Below are positions 18,674 through 27,587 of a stretch of 64,000 bases of DNA, one piece after another. The stretch is from a virus. The translations under genes and the position numbers were made by a program. How positions within the stretch are numbered: the first letter of the stretch is position 1; every line of letters starts with the position of its first letter. A model generated the notes under the pieces. It worked only from the letters and a program-made list of their open reading frames with translations, was not told the DNA's origin and did not search any database. The DNA lies in IMG/VR virus record IMGVR_UViG_3300048930_000409, positions 12,212-76,211 of that record; one strand, written 5' to 3'.

Positions 18674-19573
18674 GTGGCCAAGAAGACCGCAGCACCCCAG
18701 ACCGATTTCCAGAAGGCTCTCAAGAAGTCCGGCGCCAACTGGGACTCCGCGCGTGAGAAGGCCGCCACCAGCAAGGGCGGCGCCTACCAGGAATTCGACG
18801 ACGGCAAGTACCTCGCTCGCGTCCAGAAGATGGAGCCCGGCGTCAACACCAAGGGCCCCTACATCATGGTGATGTTCAAGTTCGTGGACGGCGACTACGA
18901 GGGCCAGACCAAGCCGCTGTTCCAGAACCTCCAGACGGACGAGAACCTCTTCCACGCCGCCAAGCTGATCGGTTCCTTCGGGTACGAGATCCCCGAGAAC
19001 ATCGCCGACATCGAGAGCATCTGCGAAGCCATCACGGCCGAAAAGCCGCTCTGCAAGATCACCATCAAGACCAAGGGCGAGTACCAGAACGTCTTCCTCG
19101 ACAAGGTCATCTCCAGCGACGAGGGCGACGAGGACGCCGAGGAGGAGGACGGCGACGAGGACGCCGAGGAGGAATCCGCCGAGGCCGAGGCCGAGGACGA
19201 GGACGAGACCGAGGAGGCCGACGAGGAGTCCGAGGAAGAGGAATCCGAGGACGAGGACGAGGACGAGGAAGAAGAGGAAGACGAGGAGGAGGCCGACGAG
19301 GACGACACGGCCGAACTCGAGATCGGCATGCGAGTCGAGGCCGAGACGGCCAAGGGCACGCGCCAGGGCGTCGTCCACAAGATGGACCCCGCCGCCGAGA
19401 CCGTCAAGATCCGCGATGACGCGGGCAAGATCTTCACGGTGCCCGCCTCGGCCGTCTCGCTTCTGGCCGATGTCCCCGACGAGCCCGAACCGCCTCCGGC
19501 CAAGCCGAAGGGCGTGAAGAAGCCGGCCGCCCCGGTGACCCCGGCGCCGACGACCAAGAAGAAGACCAAGTAG
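18674..19573 (+). CDS. DUF669-like single-stranded DNA-binding protein with long acidic tract
   Basis: DDGKYLARV...FKFVDGDYEGQ...YQNV; about 65-aa D/E tract; near the Sak4-like gene. Confidence 0.75.
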   Translation: MAKKTAAPQTDFQKALKKSGANWDSAREKAATSKGGAYQEFDDGKYLARVQKMEPGVNTKGPYIMVMFKFVDGDYEGQTKPLFQNLQTDENLFHAAKLIGSFGYEIPENIADIESICEAITAEKPLCKITIKTKGEYQNVFLDKVISSDEGDEDAEEEDGDEDAEEESAEAEAEDEDETEEADEESEEEESEDEDEDEEEEEDEEEADEDDTAELEIGMRVEAETAKGTRQGVVHKMDPAAETVKIRDDAGKIFTVPASAVSLLADVPDEPEPPPAKPKGVKKPAAPVTPAPTTKKKTK

Positions 19574-19603
19574 CACTGCCCGGCCCCGACCGGGTGTAGG
19601 ACC

Positions 19604-19640
19604 ATGCGGGGGCGGGCGCGATGCCTTCCCCCGCATTTCC
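19604..19640 (+). terminator. possible terminator hairpin
   Basis: ATGCGGGG...CCCCGCAT followed by TT. Confidence 0.45.
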
Positions 19641-19657
19641 TGTCACGGAGGACACCT

Positions 19658-20038
19658 ATGTCAGACATGCCGTCATCGTTCGCCGAATTGTTGCGGGGCC
19701 TGCAGGACCCTCCAGCGGACCCGCCCGTGCCCCCGGACCCCGACACCATGGACGTCGGCGAGTCCCGCCCCGTGACCCTGCAGGAGGCGTTGTGGGTCGA
19801 AGAGATCCGGGCCATGGCCGAACCATCCGCCAAGATCCGGGCCATCACCGCGTTGCTGCATGTCCGGTCAGGCGAGACGGTCAAGCATGAGCAGTTGGCC
19901 ATCATGCCGCTGGAAGACTTTCACCGGGCCGTGTCTCGCATGATGGCGGACCTGATGCCCAAACTGGAGAAGGCTCAGCACCTCGCGTCGATGCTGAACT
20001 TGTTCCGTCAGACGCCGCCGAACGGGAGCGGACATTGA
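19658..20038 (+). CDS. hypothetical protein
   Basis: GGAGG RBS. Confidence 0.65.
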   Translation: MSDMPSSFAELLRGLQDPPADPPVPPDPDTMDVGESRPVTLQEALWVEEIRAMAEPSAKIRAITALLHVRSGETVKHEQLAIMPLEDFHRAVSRMMADLMPKLEKAQHLASMLNLFRQTPPNGSGH

Positions 20039-20307
20039 AGGCCCAGCTGAACGACGGCCCACAGGTGTGGTTCTGGTGCGCTGGGTGCGAGACGCATCAT
20101 GCAATCGACCCAACCAAGTGGACATGGAACGGCGACACTGAACGGCCAACGTTCCGGCCATCGGTACTCGTGACCTACACATTCGGGGTCGAGCGCACGC
20201 CCAAGCGTTGTCACTCGTTCGTAACCGACGGGCATATTCAGTACCTCGACGACTGCACACATGCGCTCGCCGGGCAGACCGTGCTGTTGGAGGATGTCGA
20301 GCTATGA
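20035..20307 (+). CDS. DUF6527-like Cys/His protein
   Basis: CAGC..HH..WTWNG..PTFRPS..CHSFVTDG.IQYL.DCTH.LAGQTV. Confidence 0.75.
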   Translation: MKAQLNDGPQVWFWCAGCETHHAIDPTKWTWNGDTERPTFRPSVLVTYTFGVERTPKRCHSFVTDGHIQYLDDCTHALAGQTVLLEDVEL

Positions 20308-20939
20308 ACCCCAGGAAGTTCACCGCGCTGGTCGGCCGGTTCTTCCAAGACTGCATGGGAGTCATGGCCCCGAAGAATTCAGACTACAATCCGGACGCCG
20401 CCGTTCTACTGGATGTGTTCCGGGCGGCCTGTGAAGAAGGGTATCCCCCGGAAACGGTGCTGCGCGTGTTTCTCCGCAAACACTGGACTGTCATCCGGGG
20501 ATGGACCCAGGGGCACGTGCATCTGTCCGAGGGACTGGACTCCCGAATGCATGATGCCGCGAACTACATCGGCATGCTGTACATACTGTCCGTCCCAGAA
20601 TATCGGGACGAAATCTTCGCAGGTATCTTGAAACTCGAGGGGCAAGCATGCGCGTGCGGGTGCGTCGGACAGCTGGCAGTCAGGGAGTCATACGACGGGA
20701 ATCGAGTCAGAGACGAGCTCCTGTTGCCCCCACGGTGCGAACACGGCGCGCTGTTCCTGTGGCTACTGAGATTGAAAAGTACTTTGGATTCGAGTCCCGC
20801 GTCGTGGCCCATGACACGGAAGGTACTGGACTCGTTCCGTACGGCCCAGTCAGCTATTGGGGCTACGCCCCCGCCCGACCGTTCGCCTTCGCGTACTGCG
20901 ACGCCACCGGCCGCACGGCCTACGTCCGATACACCGTAG
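20304..20939 (+). CDS. Nmad1/DUF1599-like nucleotide-modification-associated protein
   Basis: KNSDY...SEGLDSRMHDAANY; GGAGG RBS. Confidence 0.65.
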   Translation: MNPRKFTALVGRFFQDCMGVMAPKNSDYNPDAAVLLDVFRAACEEGYPPETVLRVFLRKHWTVIRGWTQGHVHLSEGLDSRMHDAANYIGMLYILSVPEYRDEIFAGILKLEGQACACGCVGQLAVRESYDGNRVRDELLLPPRCEHGALFLWLLRLKSTLDSSPASWPMTRKVLDSFRTAQSAIGATPPPDRSPSRTATPPAARPTSDTP

Positions 20940-23113
20940 ACCCGTATACGCGCAAGCCGCTGATCGAAAACGACGAAGACTGGGACCACATCGTCGCGCT
21001 GCACGCCAGCGAGGAGTTCATCAAGGTCGGCCACAACATCGGCTATGACATGCGGATGGATCGGATGGTCGGGGCGCCTATTCTGGGCGATATCCACGAC
21101 ACGATGATTCTGGCGCACGTCATCACGGGCGGCGACGAGCTGATGTACGGCTTGAAACCGTTGGCCAAGAAATACTTGGACTACCCGGATGACGACGAAA
21201 AGATCCTCGAGGCGGCCGTCAACATGGCCCGCCGTGCCGCCAAGGCACAAGGGTTTTTGATTGCCGGGGGCAAGAAAGAGGTCGAGCGCGGCGACCATGT
21301 CGTGTTCGCGGGCAGCAAACCGGCCAAGGCCGACTACTGGCTTGGTCCGGAAGAGATGTGCGAGGAGTACGCTGTCGGCGACGTCCGGCGCACCATGCTG
21401 ATGTTCCTGCTGTGGTTCGAGCGTCTGATGCGCGACCAGCGAGGGGCTGTCACGTACGCCCGAGAGATGCAGTTGTTCCGGGCTCTCCGTCGGATGGAAG
21501 ACCGGGGTACGCGGGTCGACCCCGTGCATGCGGCGAAGCTGGTGAAGTGGTACAACGCTTACGCCGCCCGCATGCGCCGATGGGCCGATGCCAACGGGGC
21601 CGAGGGCGTGAACTTCCGGTCGCCCAAGCAGCTGTGCCGCATCTTCTACGATGAACGTGGCCTGGAACCGGCGTACACTAAGAAAGGTCACGAGAAAATC
21701 GAGCTCGCCCGCGCCATGGGCGAGGAACCCGATTGGGAGGCGTTGAAGAAGCATAGGTCGTTGGGCAAGGACCAGTTGGCCGAATGGGGCGGCAAAGACG
21801 AACTGACCGACACGTACAAAGACGAGATGGCCAAGGCCATCTTGGAATGGCGGGCGGCCAAGCAGAGCATCAGTTCGTTCCTGAACATTTACGAGAAGTT
21901 CTGGTATCCCGAGGGGCCGGTGTACCAGACCGAAGAAAATCTCGCCGAGTACAACCGGCGCCTCACCCTGTCGCCCCAGGAGAAGGTCGAATGGGAAAAG
22001 GACGAGTGGGTGTTCGTCCTGCACCCGAACTACAACCAGACCGGGGCCGTGACTGGGCGTATGACGTGCTCCGACCCGAATCTGCAGCAGGTCGCCTCTG
22101 CGACTACTGGTTTGCGCAAGGCCGACATCCCGAGCCGACCGAGAGAATGCTTCGGCCCGCGACCCGGATGCATCTGGTATCTACCCGACTACTCGCAGGT
22201 GGAAGTGTGGCTCTTCGCGTTCCTCTCCGGGGAACCGAACATGAAGGGCCTGCTCTTGTCTGGACACGATTTCCACAGCGGAGTCGCGTCAAAAACGTTT
22301 ACCTCGCGACCGGACTACGAAGAGCGGAGCAAGTATTACCGGAAGCTGGCCAAGCTGATCATGTTCGGCAAGCTGTATGGTGGTGGTGTTGGTTCACGGG
22401 AGAAGCCGGGCCGCATGACCAAACTGCTCCAGATGCCGTTCGACGAAGCGAAGGAGTTCATCGAGTCGTTCGATGAGGAGTTCGCCCAGGCCACCGCGTT
22501 CATGAAGCGCATGGCCAAGGACGCCAAGCGTACCGGCGAGGCGTTCAACATCTTCGGCCGGCGCTACGTCCTGGGCCCGGACTGGGCCTACAAGGTCGTG
22601 AACTATCTGATCCAGGGTGCCGCGGCGGACATCCTGAAGAATGCCACCATCCGGCTGGACTGGATGTTGCAGACGCGCTGGGAGATCCTCGACCCCCGGT
22701 GCCGCATGATCAACTCCATCCACGACGAGTTCATGGTCGAGGTACCGTACACCGTCCATTCACGGCGCCTGATGTACGAGATTATCTACACGATGCAGAT
22801 GGATTCCGCCCTGGCCGGGTTGCCGGTGCCGCTGCCGATTGGCATCAAGACCGCCAAGAAGCGATGGTCCCACACCACGGACGTGGACATTCCCGACTGG
22901 GTGAAAGGTGGCGTGCCGCGTGGCCCGGAGGGCACTCGATACTTCCGTGATCTGGAACGACATATGCAGGATTGCCCGTATACGGAATCCTATGCCGGGG
23001 CGCAAGCCCAATTTGCCCGCACGCGAGCTGCTCTTGATTTACGCGACGCTGAGCGCGAGCCAGAGCCAGATCGGGCTGCTCCGCGACGAAATCGAAGAAG
23101 AACGGCGGCTTAG
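20759..23113 (+). CDS. family A DNA polymerase with 3'-5' exonuclease
   Basis: DTE, HNIGYD, YAVGD exonuclease motifs; TGRMTCSDPNLQ, DYSQVE, KLIMFGKLYG, IQGAAAD, IHDE; start uncertain. Confidence 0.95.
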   Translation: MATEIEKYFGFESRVVAHDTEGTGLVPYGPVSYWGYAPARPFAFAYCDATGRTAYVRYTVDPYTRKPLIENDEDWDHIVALHASEEFIKVGHNIGYDMRMDRMVGAPILGDIHDTMILAHVITGGDELMYGLKPLAKKYLDYPDDDEKILEAAVNMARRAAKAQGFLIAGGKKEVERGDHVVFAGSKPAKADYWLGPEEMCEEYAVGDVRRTMLMFLLWFERLMRDQRGAVTYAREMQLFRALRRMEDRGTRVDPVHAAKLVKWYNAYAARMRRWADANGAEGVNFRSPKQLCRIFYDERGLEPAYTKKGHEKIELARAMGEEPDWEALKKHRSLGKDQLAEWGGKDELTDTYKDEMAKAILEWRAAKQSISSFLNIYEKFWYPEGPVYQTEENLAEYNRRLTLSPQEKVEWEKDEWVFVLHPNYNQTGAVTGRMTCSDPNLQQVASATTGLRKADIPSRPRECFGPRPGCIWYLPDYSQVEVWLFAFLSGEPNMKGLLLSGHDFHSGVASKTFTSRPDYEERSKYYRKLAKLIMFGKLYGGGVGSREKPGRMTKLLQMPFDEAKEFIESFDEEFAQATAFMKRMAKDAKRTGEAFNIFGRRYVLGPDWAYKVVNYLIQGAAADILKNATIRLDWMLQTRWEILDPRCRMINSIHDEFMVEVPYTVHSRRLMYEIIYTMQMDSALAGLPVPLPIGIKTAKKRWSHTTDVDIPDWVKGGVPRGPEGTRYFRDLERHMQDCPYTESYAGAQAQFARTRAALDLRDAEREPEPDRAAPRRNRRRTAA

Positions 23114-23163
23114 GTTGGCGGCCGAAACAGAACTACGTCGCTTGACTGCTCAAGAGGACACAC

Positions 23164-25317
23164 ATGGCATCCGGTAATCCGCTTCCGCTGTTCGAGGCAC
23201 ACGGGGTCCAGTTCGAAGGGTTCACCGACGATCAGGCCTACGGGACGTGTCCGTTCACCGGCAAGAGCAAGAAGTTCTACGTCAACAAGACCACCGGCCT
23301 GTGGGACTCCAAGAACACGGGCAAGTCGGGGAACATCCCGCAATTCCTCTCAGAGATGGCCTTGCAGTACGCGGCGGCGATGACGCCCGTGCTGCTGAAG
23401 AAATTGGCCGCCGACCGGGGCGTCGACCCTATTGCGTTCGAGGGATGGAGCATCGGATGGAATGGGTCCGAGTACACGGTGCCTGCGTCGGGCCCTGATG
23501 GACTGGTGACCGATATCCGGTTCTACACCCCCGGTCGGAAGATGCGGTCGACTACGGGCGCCAAAACGAACCTGTTCGGCGCCCACCGGTTGAAGGAAGA
23601 CAACACGGGCATCGTCTTCGTGTGCGAAGGCGAATGGGATGCCGTGGCCTGGGCCTGGGTGCTGAAGACCGCCAACAAAGCCGGGGCGGTTGTCGGCGTG
23701 CCGGGTGCGGCCACGTTCAAGCCTGAGTGGGCAACGTACCTGCGGAACAAGCGGGTGTTCGCCATGTACGACCACGACAAGGCCGGGCGCGAGGGACTGC
23801 AGTTGTGCGCCGAACGGTGCGCCAACACGGCGACGAACGTCTCAGGGCTGACGTGGCCTGACGACACCCCAGACGGGTGGGACGTCCGCGACGAGGTCAA
23901 GGCCAACTCGTCGAACATCCTTCGCATCAATACACTGGTCCGCACCTTGATGGGGCGGTTCGAGCCGGTGACGGTGGCCAAGGGCATGAAGAATGCCAAG
24001 CCGCCCGTGGCCCCGCCGCCCGCCTCCCGCAAGGGTGAGGCAAACACGTTGCCGCCTCCCGGGGCCAGCCGCGTGTCCACGTTCAAGGCTCCGTCGCTGG
24101 AGAAGGTGGAGGAGACGTTCCGGAAGTGGTTGTTCCTGGACAACACAGACGCTCTGCGTATCATGCTGGCGTGTGTGGTATCCCAGCAAATCGACGGGTC
24201 GCCCATCTGGGTCTTTCTGGTGGCGCCGCCCGGCGGGTCCAAGACCGAACACCTGAATTCGCTGTCGACGGTGGCCCACGTCATGATGACGTCATCGCTG
24301 ACGCCGCACTCCCTGATTTCGGGGGCGAACTTCAAGAGCAACGAAGACCCGTCGTTGATTCCACAGCTGGACGGCAAGGTCCTGGTCATCAAAGACTTCA
24401 CCGCGATCATCGGCATGCGTGATGCCGACAAGGAAGAAATCTTTGCCATCCTGCGCGATGCGTACGATGGCCACTGTGGGAAGGTATTCGGCAATGGCAT
24501 TCAGCGCAAGTACGACTCGCGCTTTACGATTCTTGGAGCAGTTACACCACGCATTTATGACCTTGGCTCCAACCACGCTGCCTTGGGAGAACGGTTCCTC
24601 AAATTCACGCTCGGAGATAACCTCGACCACGTTGCCGAGGAAGACATCATCCGGCGAGCCATTACCAATATCAATCGCGAGACGTCCATGCGGGCCGAGC
24701 TCGCGGACGTCGTCAACGCGTTCCTGACCCAAACGGTCAAGACCGACGTGGTGCCCACCATCCCAGAAGAGATCATGAAGCTGATCATCAATCTGGCGCG
24801 GTTCGGTGCCCGCATGCGGGGGACGGTCTCCCGCGATCAGTTCCGCCACGACGTCATGACGTCGCGGCCCTCGGCCGAGGTCGGGTCACGTCTGGGCGTC
24901 CAGATGGCGAAGTTGGGGCAGTCGTTGGCTATGGTGGCCGGGCGCACCGAAGTCAACATGGACGACTACCGGCTGATGAAGAAGACGATGTTGGATACCA
25001 TCCCCCAGCGACTGGAGGACATGGTCCGACTGATGTACCGGGCGTGCCCAACCCGTAATCACTACATGTCGGCGCGGGAACTGGAGATGGTGACCCGGTA
25101 TCCCTCGGCGACGGTCATCCGGTTGTTGCAAGATTTGATCGTGCTGAACGTCGTGCGGCGGGAGGTCGGTGAGGGCGCCGTCGCGGCCAAGCCCCGGTAC
25201 ACGCTGTCGGATTACATCCGCCGCGCCTTGAACCAAGCGCACCTGTACATCACGGAAGAGGAATATGCCCGCAAGTCGGCTATCGCCATGCGGATCAAGC
25301 GAAAGAAGGTTTCGTGA
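23164..25317 (+). CDS. TOPRIM primase fused to AAA+/MCM-like helicase
   Basis: CEGEWDA and DHD TOPRIM motifs; APPGGSKT P-loop, LVIKD, LRDAYDG, GERF; C-terminal wHTH-like region. Confidence 0.85.
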   Translation: MASGNPLPLFEAHGVQFEGFTDDQAYGTCPFTGKSKKFYVNKTTGLWDSKNTGKSGNIPQFLSEMALQYAAAMTPVLLKKLAADRGVDPIAFEGWSIGWNGSEYTVPASGPDGLVTDIRFYTPGRKMRSTTGAKTNLFGAHRLKEDNTGIVFVCEGEWDAVAWAWVLKTANKAGAVVGVPGAATFKPEWATYLRNKRVFAMYDHDKAGREGLQLCAERCANTATNVSGLTWPDDTPDGWDVRDEVKANSSNILRINTLVRTLMGRFEPVTVAKGMKNAKPPVAPPPASRKGEANTLPPPGASRVSTFKAPSLEKVEETFRKWLFLDNTDALRIMLACVVSQQIDGSPIWVFLVAPPGGSKTEHLNSLSTVAHVMMTSSLTPHSLISGANFKSNEDPSLIPQLDGKVLVIKDFTAIIGMRDADKEEIFAILRDAYDGHCGKVFGNGIQRKYDSRFTILGAVTPRIYDLGSNHAALGERFLKFTLGDNLDHVAEEDIIRRAITNINRETSMRAELADVVNAFLTQTVKTDVVPTIPEEIMKLIINLARFGARMRGTVSRDQFRHDVMTSRPSAEVGSRLGVQMAKLGQSLAMVAGRTEVNMDDYRLMKKTMLDTIPQRLEDMVRLMYRACPTRNHYMSARELEMVTRYPSATVIRLLQDLIVLNVVRREVGEGAVAAKPRYTLSDYIRRALNQAHLYITEEEYARKSAIAMRIKRKKVS

Positions 25318-25673
25318 CGCCTCACAAACGAGCCGGGTTGGTTGGGCTGGTCGCGTTGTTCTTCATCGCGTCCGTCTACGATGCGCGACAGTACAAGTGG
25401 GAGCGGGATGAACTGCGCCGGATGCTGGACGAGTCGTATGACATGAACTGGCGACTGATGCAGGACTGCCCGTCGGTGGCACCGTCGGGATCGCTGGCCG
25501 GGGAGGGCGTGCGATTGGAAAAGCCGTCCTGCCCCGAGTCCGGATGGTTTCTGGTTGACGGCCGTCTGGAGGGACGTGACTGCGAGGGAAAGGTTACGGT
25601 TGTGTTCGGACCGGGGGATGTGGGCGTCGGACGTGTTCCCGCGATGCCGGTCTTACGTCCTGCAGAACCCTAA
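25314..25673 (+). CDS. membrane-anchored hypothetical protein
   Basis: GTGA overlap; N-terminal hydrophobic helix. Confidence 0.5.
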   Translation: MTPHKRAGLVGLVALFFIASVYDARQYKWERDELRRMLDESYDMNWRLMQDCPSVAPSGSLAGEGVRLEKPSCPESGWFLVDGRLEGRDCEGKVTVVFGPGDVGVGRVPAMPVLRPAEP

Positions 25674-25748
25674 GGGCGACGTTCGGGGGTCCGGACATAC
25701 CATGGGGGCGGCCCCCACCCCCGCGCCCCGCATATGCGTCTGCAGGAC
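25657..25748 (-). promoter_or_regulatory. CTGCAG-box element E2
   Basis: GTCCTGCAGAAC-CCTAAG...TCGGGGGTCCGGACATACCATGGG...CGTCTGCAGGAC. Confidence 0.65.
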
Positions 25749-25751
25749 GAA

Positions 25752-25858
25752 TGAACGTACGGGGGGACGGCGGGCACCCGGCCACGGGCAAGGAGCAACA
25801 GACGCGGCCGGGACAACGGTGGCGAAGCGCTGGTGCCCGCCGCCCCCTCGTACGTTCA
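25752..25858. terminator. long inverted repeat where the two gene arms converge
   Basis: 27-nt arms 25752-25778 and 25832-25858 with 2 mismatches. Confidence 0.6.
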
Positions 25859-26371
25859 CTTGGCAATGTCCGCGATGCGGTTCAGCCAGCCCTTCAAATT
25901 CGCCCGCTGCTTGGGCAACCGCCGCACCTCATCGTGACAGTGCCGCTCCCATTCGGCCCGGTACATCCGCCGCATGGCTACAGGGTCCGTAGCGCGATTG
26001 ACGGCGCCCGCCGTGACCGGACCCACGACCCCGTCGACCGCGACGCCCACGATTCGCTGCAGACCGCGTGCCGCATCGTCGGGGCCGGACATCACGCCCC
26101 AATGCACGGCCATCTCAGCCAGGGCGGCATCCTTCAACAACGAGAACCCCGGCCCCCGGATGTACCACGCCCGGTAGATCCGGATAGCCGTATCCCGTGT
26201 CAACGCCTGCATGTCGGCAAGGGTTGCGGTGCGCCTCAGCCACTTGGAGTAGGTGCGCCACGTGATGCCCCACTTGGTCAAGCCACCGAGATCCGTCGCG
26301 TGATTTGTCAGCTTCCCCGTCTCCCACCGGAGCACGGATTCCAGGATGGCGGATTCCTCGAGGTCGGTCAT
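25856..26371 (-). CDS. endolysin, glycoside hydrolase family 108
   Basis: E..L.NHATDLGGLTKWGIT, LQRIVGVAVDGVVGPVT, KGWLNR. Confidence 0.9.
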   Translation of the reverse strand: MTDLEESAILESVLRWETGKLTNHATDLGGLTKWGITWRTYSKWLRRTATLADMQALTRDTAIRIYRAWYIRGPGFSLLKDAALAEMAVHWGVMSGPDDAARGLQRIVGVAVDGVVGPVTAGAVNRATDPVAMRRMYRAEWERHCHDEVRRLPKQRANLKGWLNRIADIAK

Positions 26372-26736
26372 GGCGCCGCCACCTCCTCACGGGACTGATG
26401 CTGGGAGCGAAGTTCCGCGCGAACGTTGCGTGTGGTCTGCACAACGAGCAGGAAGGCAAACGCCGCCAGCACAGACTCCTTTACTAGAATCAAGTTGTTG
26501 GCAGGCATCGGGTATCGGAGCGCGATGGCGCTGAGCACGATGATGGCGCCGCCGAAGTACCGCACCATAACGTCGCCAGTCTTTGTCATTGCGAGCCACG
26601 CCCACGGGCGCGTCGCCGTATACCGCCGCGCCATCAAATAGCTACGGCGATACTGCAGCATCAACCATGTCTGCAGCGCAAACGATGTCGATACGCACAC
26701 CACGACACACACAAACAGCAAAGTTTCAATCGTCAC
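26368..26736 (-). CDS. three-TM membrane protein (holin-like candidate)
   Basis: Three hydrophobic segments; adjacent to the endolysin. Confidence 0.55.
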   Translation of the reverse strand: MTIETLLFVCVVVCVSTSFALQTWLMLQYRRSYLMARRYTATRPWAWLAMTKTGDVMVRYFGGAIIVLSAIALRYPMPANNLILVKESVLAAFAFLLVVQTTRNVRAELRSQHQSREEVAAP

Positions 26737-26917
26737 GGCTTGGATCCTTCACATAGATGCCGGAGACCACGCGTGCTTCCATGCACAGAGCATGGACACG
26801 GTGTTTCAGTTCGTCCAGTTCTCCGGCGTCACGCCGCTCGGGTACCGGGGGAAAGCGCACATCGTCGACAGGCTTGCTCGGTCGGAACGGGGCCGGGGTA
26901 CGATTCAGGCGGTCCAT
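26726..26917 (-). CDS. small hypothetical protein
   Basis: AGGAGG RBS. Confidence 0.5.
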   Translation of the reverse strand: MDRLNRTPAPFRPSKPVDDVRFPPVPERRDAGELDELKHRVHALCMEARVVSGIYVKDPSRDD

Positions 26918-26925
26918 GGAGCCTC

Positions 26926-27363
26926 CTACTCTGGGGAGATTTCTGGACGGCCAGCACGGTTCCATTCGGCGACGGCGCGGTGCCGGTCATACATCGCCCA
27001 GATGCCCTTGGTGATTGACGCGACAGCAATGATGATGACGCTGATCCGGTTCGAGTACACGGACGCCAAGATCATGTCGGCATGCTCGGTCGTGTGATTG
27101 GCGATCTGGATCAGGGGCGGCGGAGATGTCAACACGCCCCGCGTACCCTGCTGAAGAATGGCCAACGCCTGAATCAGCCGGAGGACGGCGGTCCGGTTGC
27201 CCGACATCGCCAGGATGTGGAGGAACCGGTACTTCCGCCAGTGCGACCGTCGAAATGCGGAGTAGCGCATCATGACGTCCCAGCACTCGACGGCATGCAC
27301 CACGACCATCAGGACGCCAAGGGCCAGGGCCCACCACTCGACCGGGTATGCGTAAAACGTCAT
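26926..27363 (-). CDS. membrane protein
   Basis: Two to three hydrophobic segments; lysis module. Confidence 0.55.
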   Translation of the reverse strand: MTFYAYPVEWWALALGVLMVVVHAVECWDVMMRYSAFRRSHWRKYRFLHILAMSGNRTAVLRLIQALAILQQGTRGVLTSPPPLIQIANHTTEHADMILASVYSNRISVIIIAVASITKGIWAMYDRHRAVAEWNRAGRPEISPE

Positions 27364-27587
27364 CGGGACTTTCCCTTCATCCGTTCGTGAATCAAGAAAT
27401 TGTGGGCATCCCACAAGATCGGCGCCAGCTGGTTGCGTAGCGCGTGCAATTCTTCACGGTGGTCGGGTTTCGGCGGTAGGGGTGCGACGTCCAACGGGGG
27501 CGGGGCCTCCACGCGTCCAAAGCGCCGAATGAACTGCACGACCCGGTCAATCACGGGGTGCTTCTTCCTTCTTGGCTTCAATGACAT
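27360..27587 (-). CDS. small basic hypothetical protein
   Basis: Tiles between membrane genes. Confidence 0.45.
   Translation of the reverse strand: MSLKPRRKKHPVIDRVVQFIRRFGRVEAPPPLDVAPLPPKPDHREELHALRNQLAPILWDAHNFLIHERMKGKSR

Noticed and set aside
22992-23177. Coiled-coil ORF overlapping the polA 3' end
   Set aside because: Mostly nested and has only a weak RBS; may be real but unsupported.
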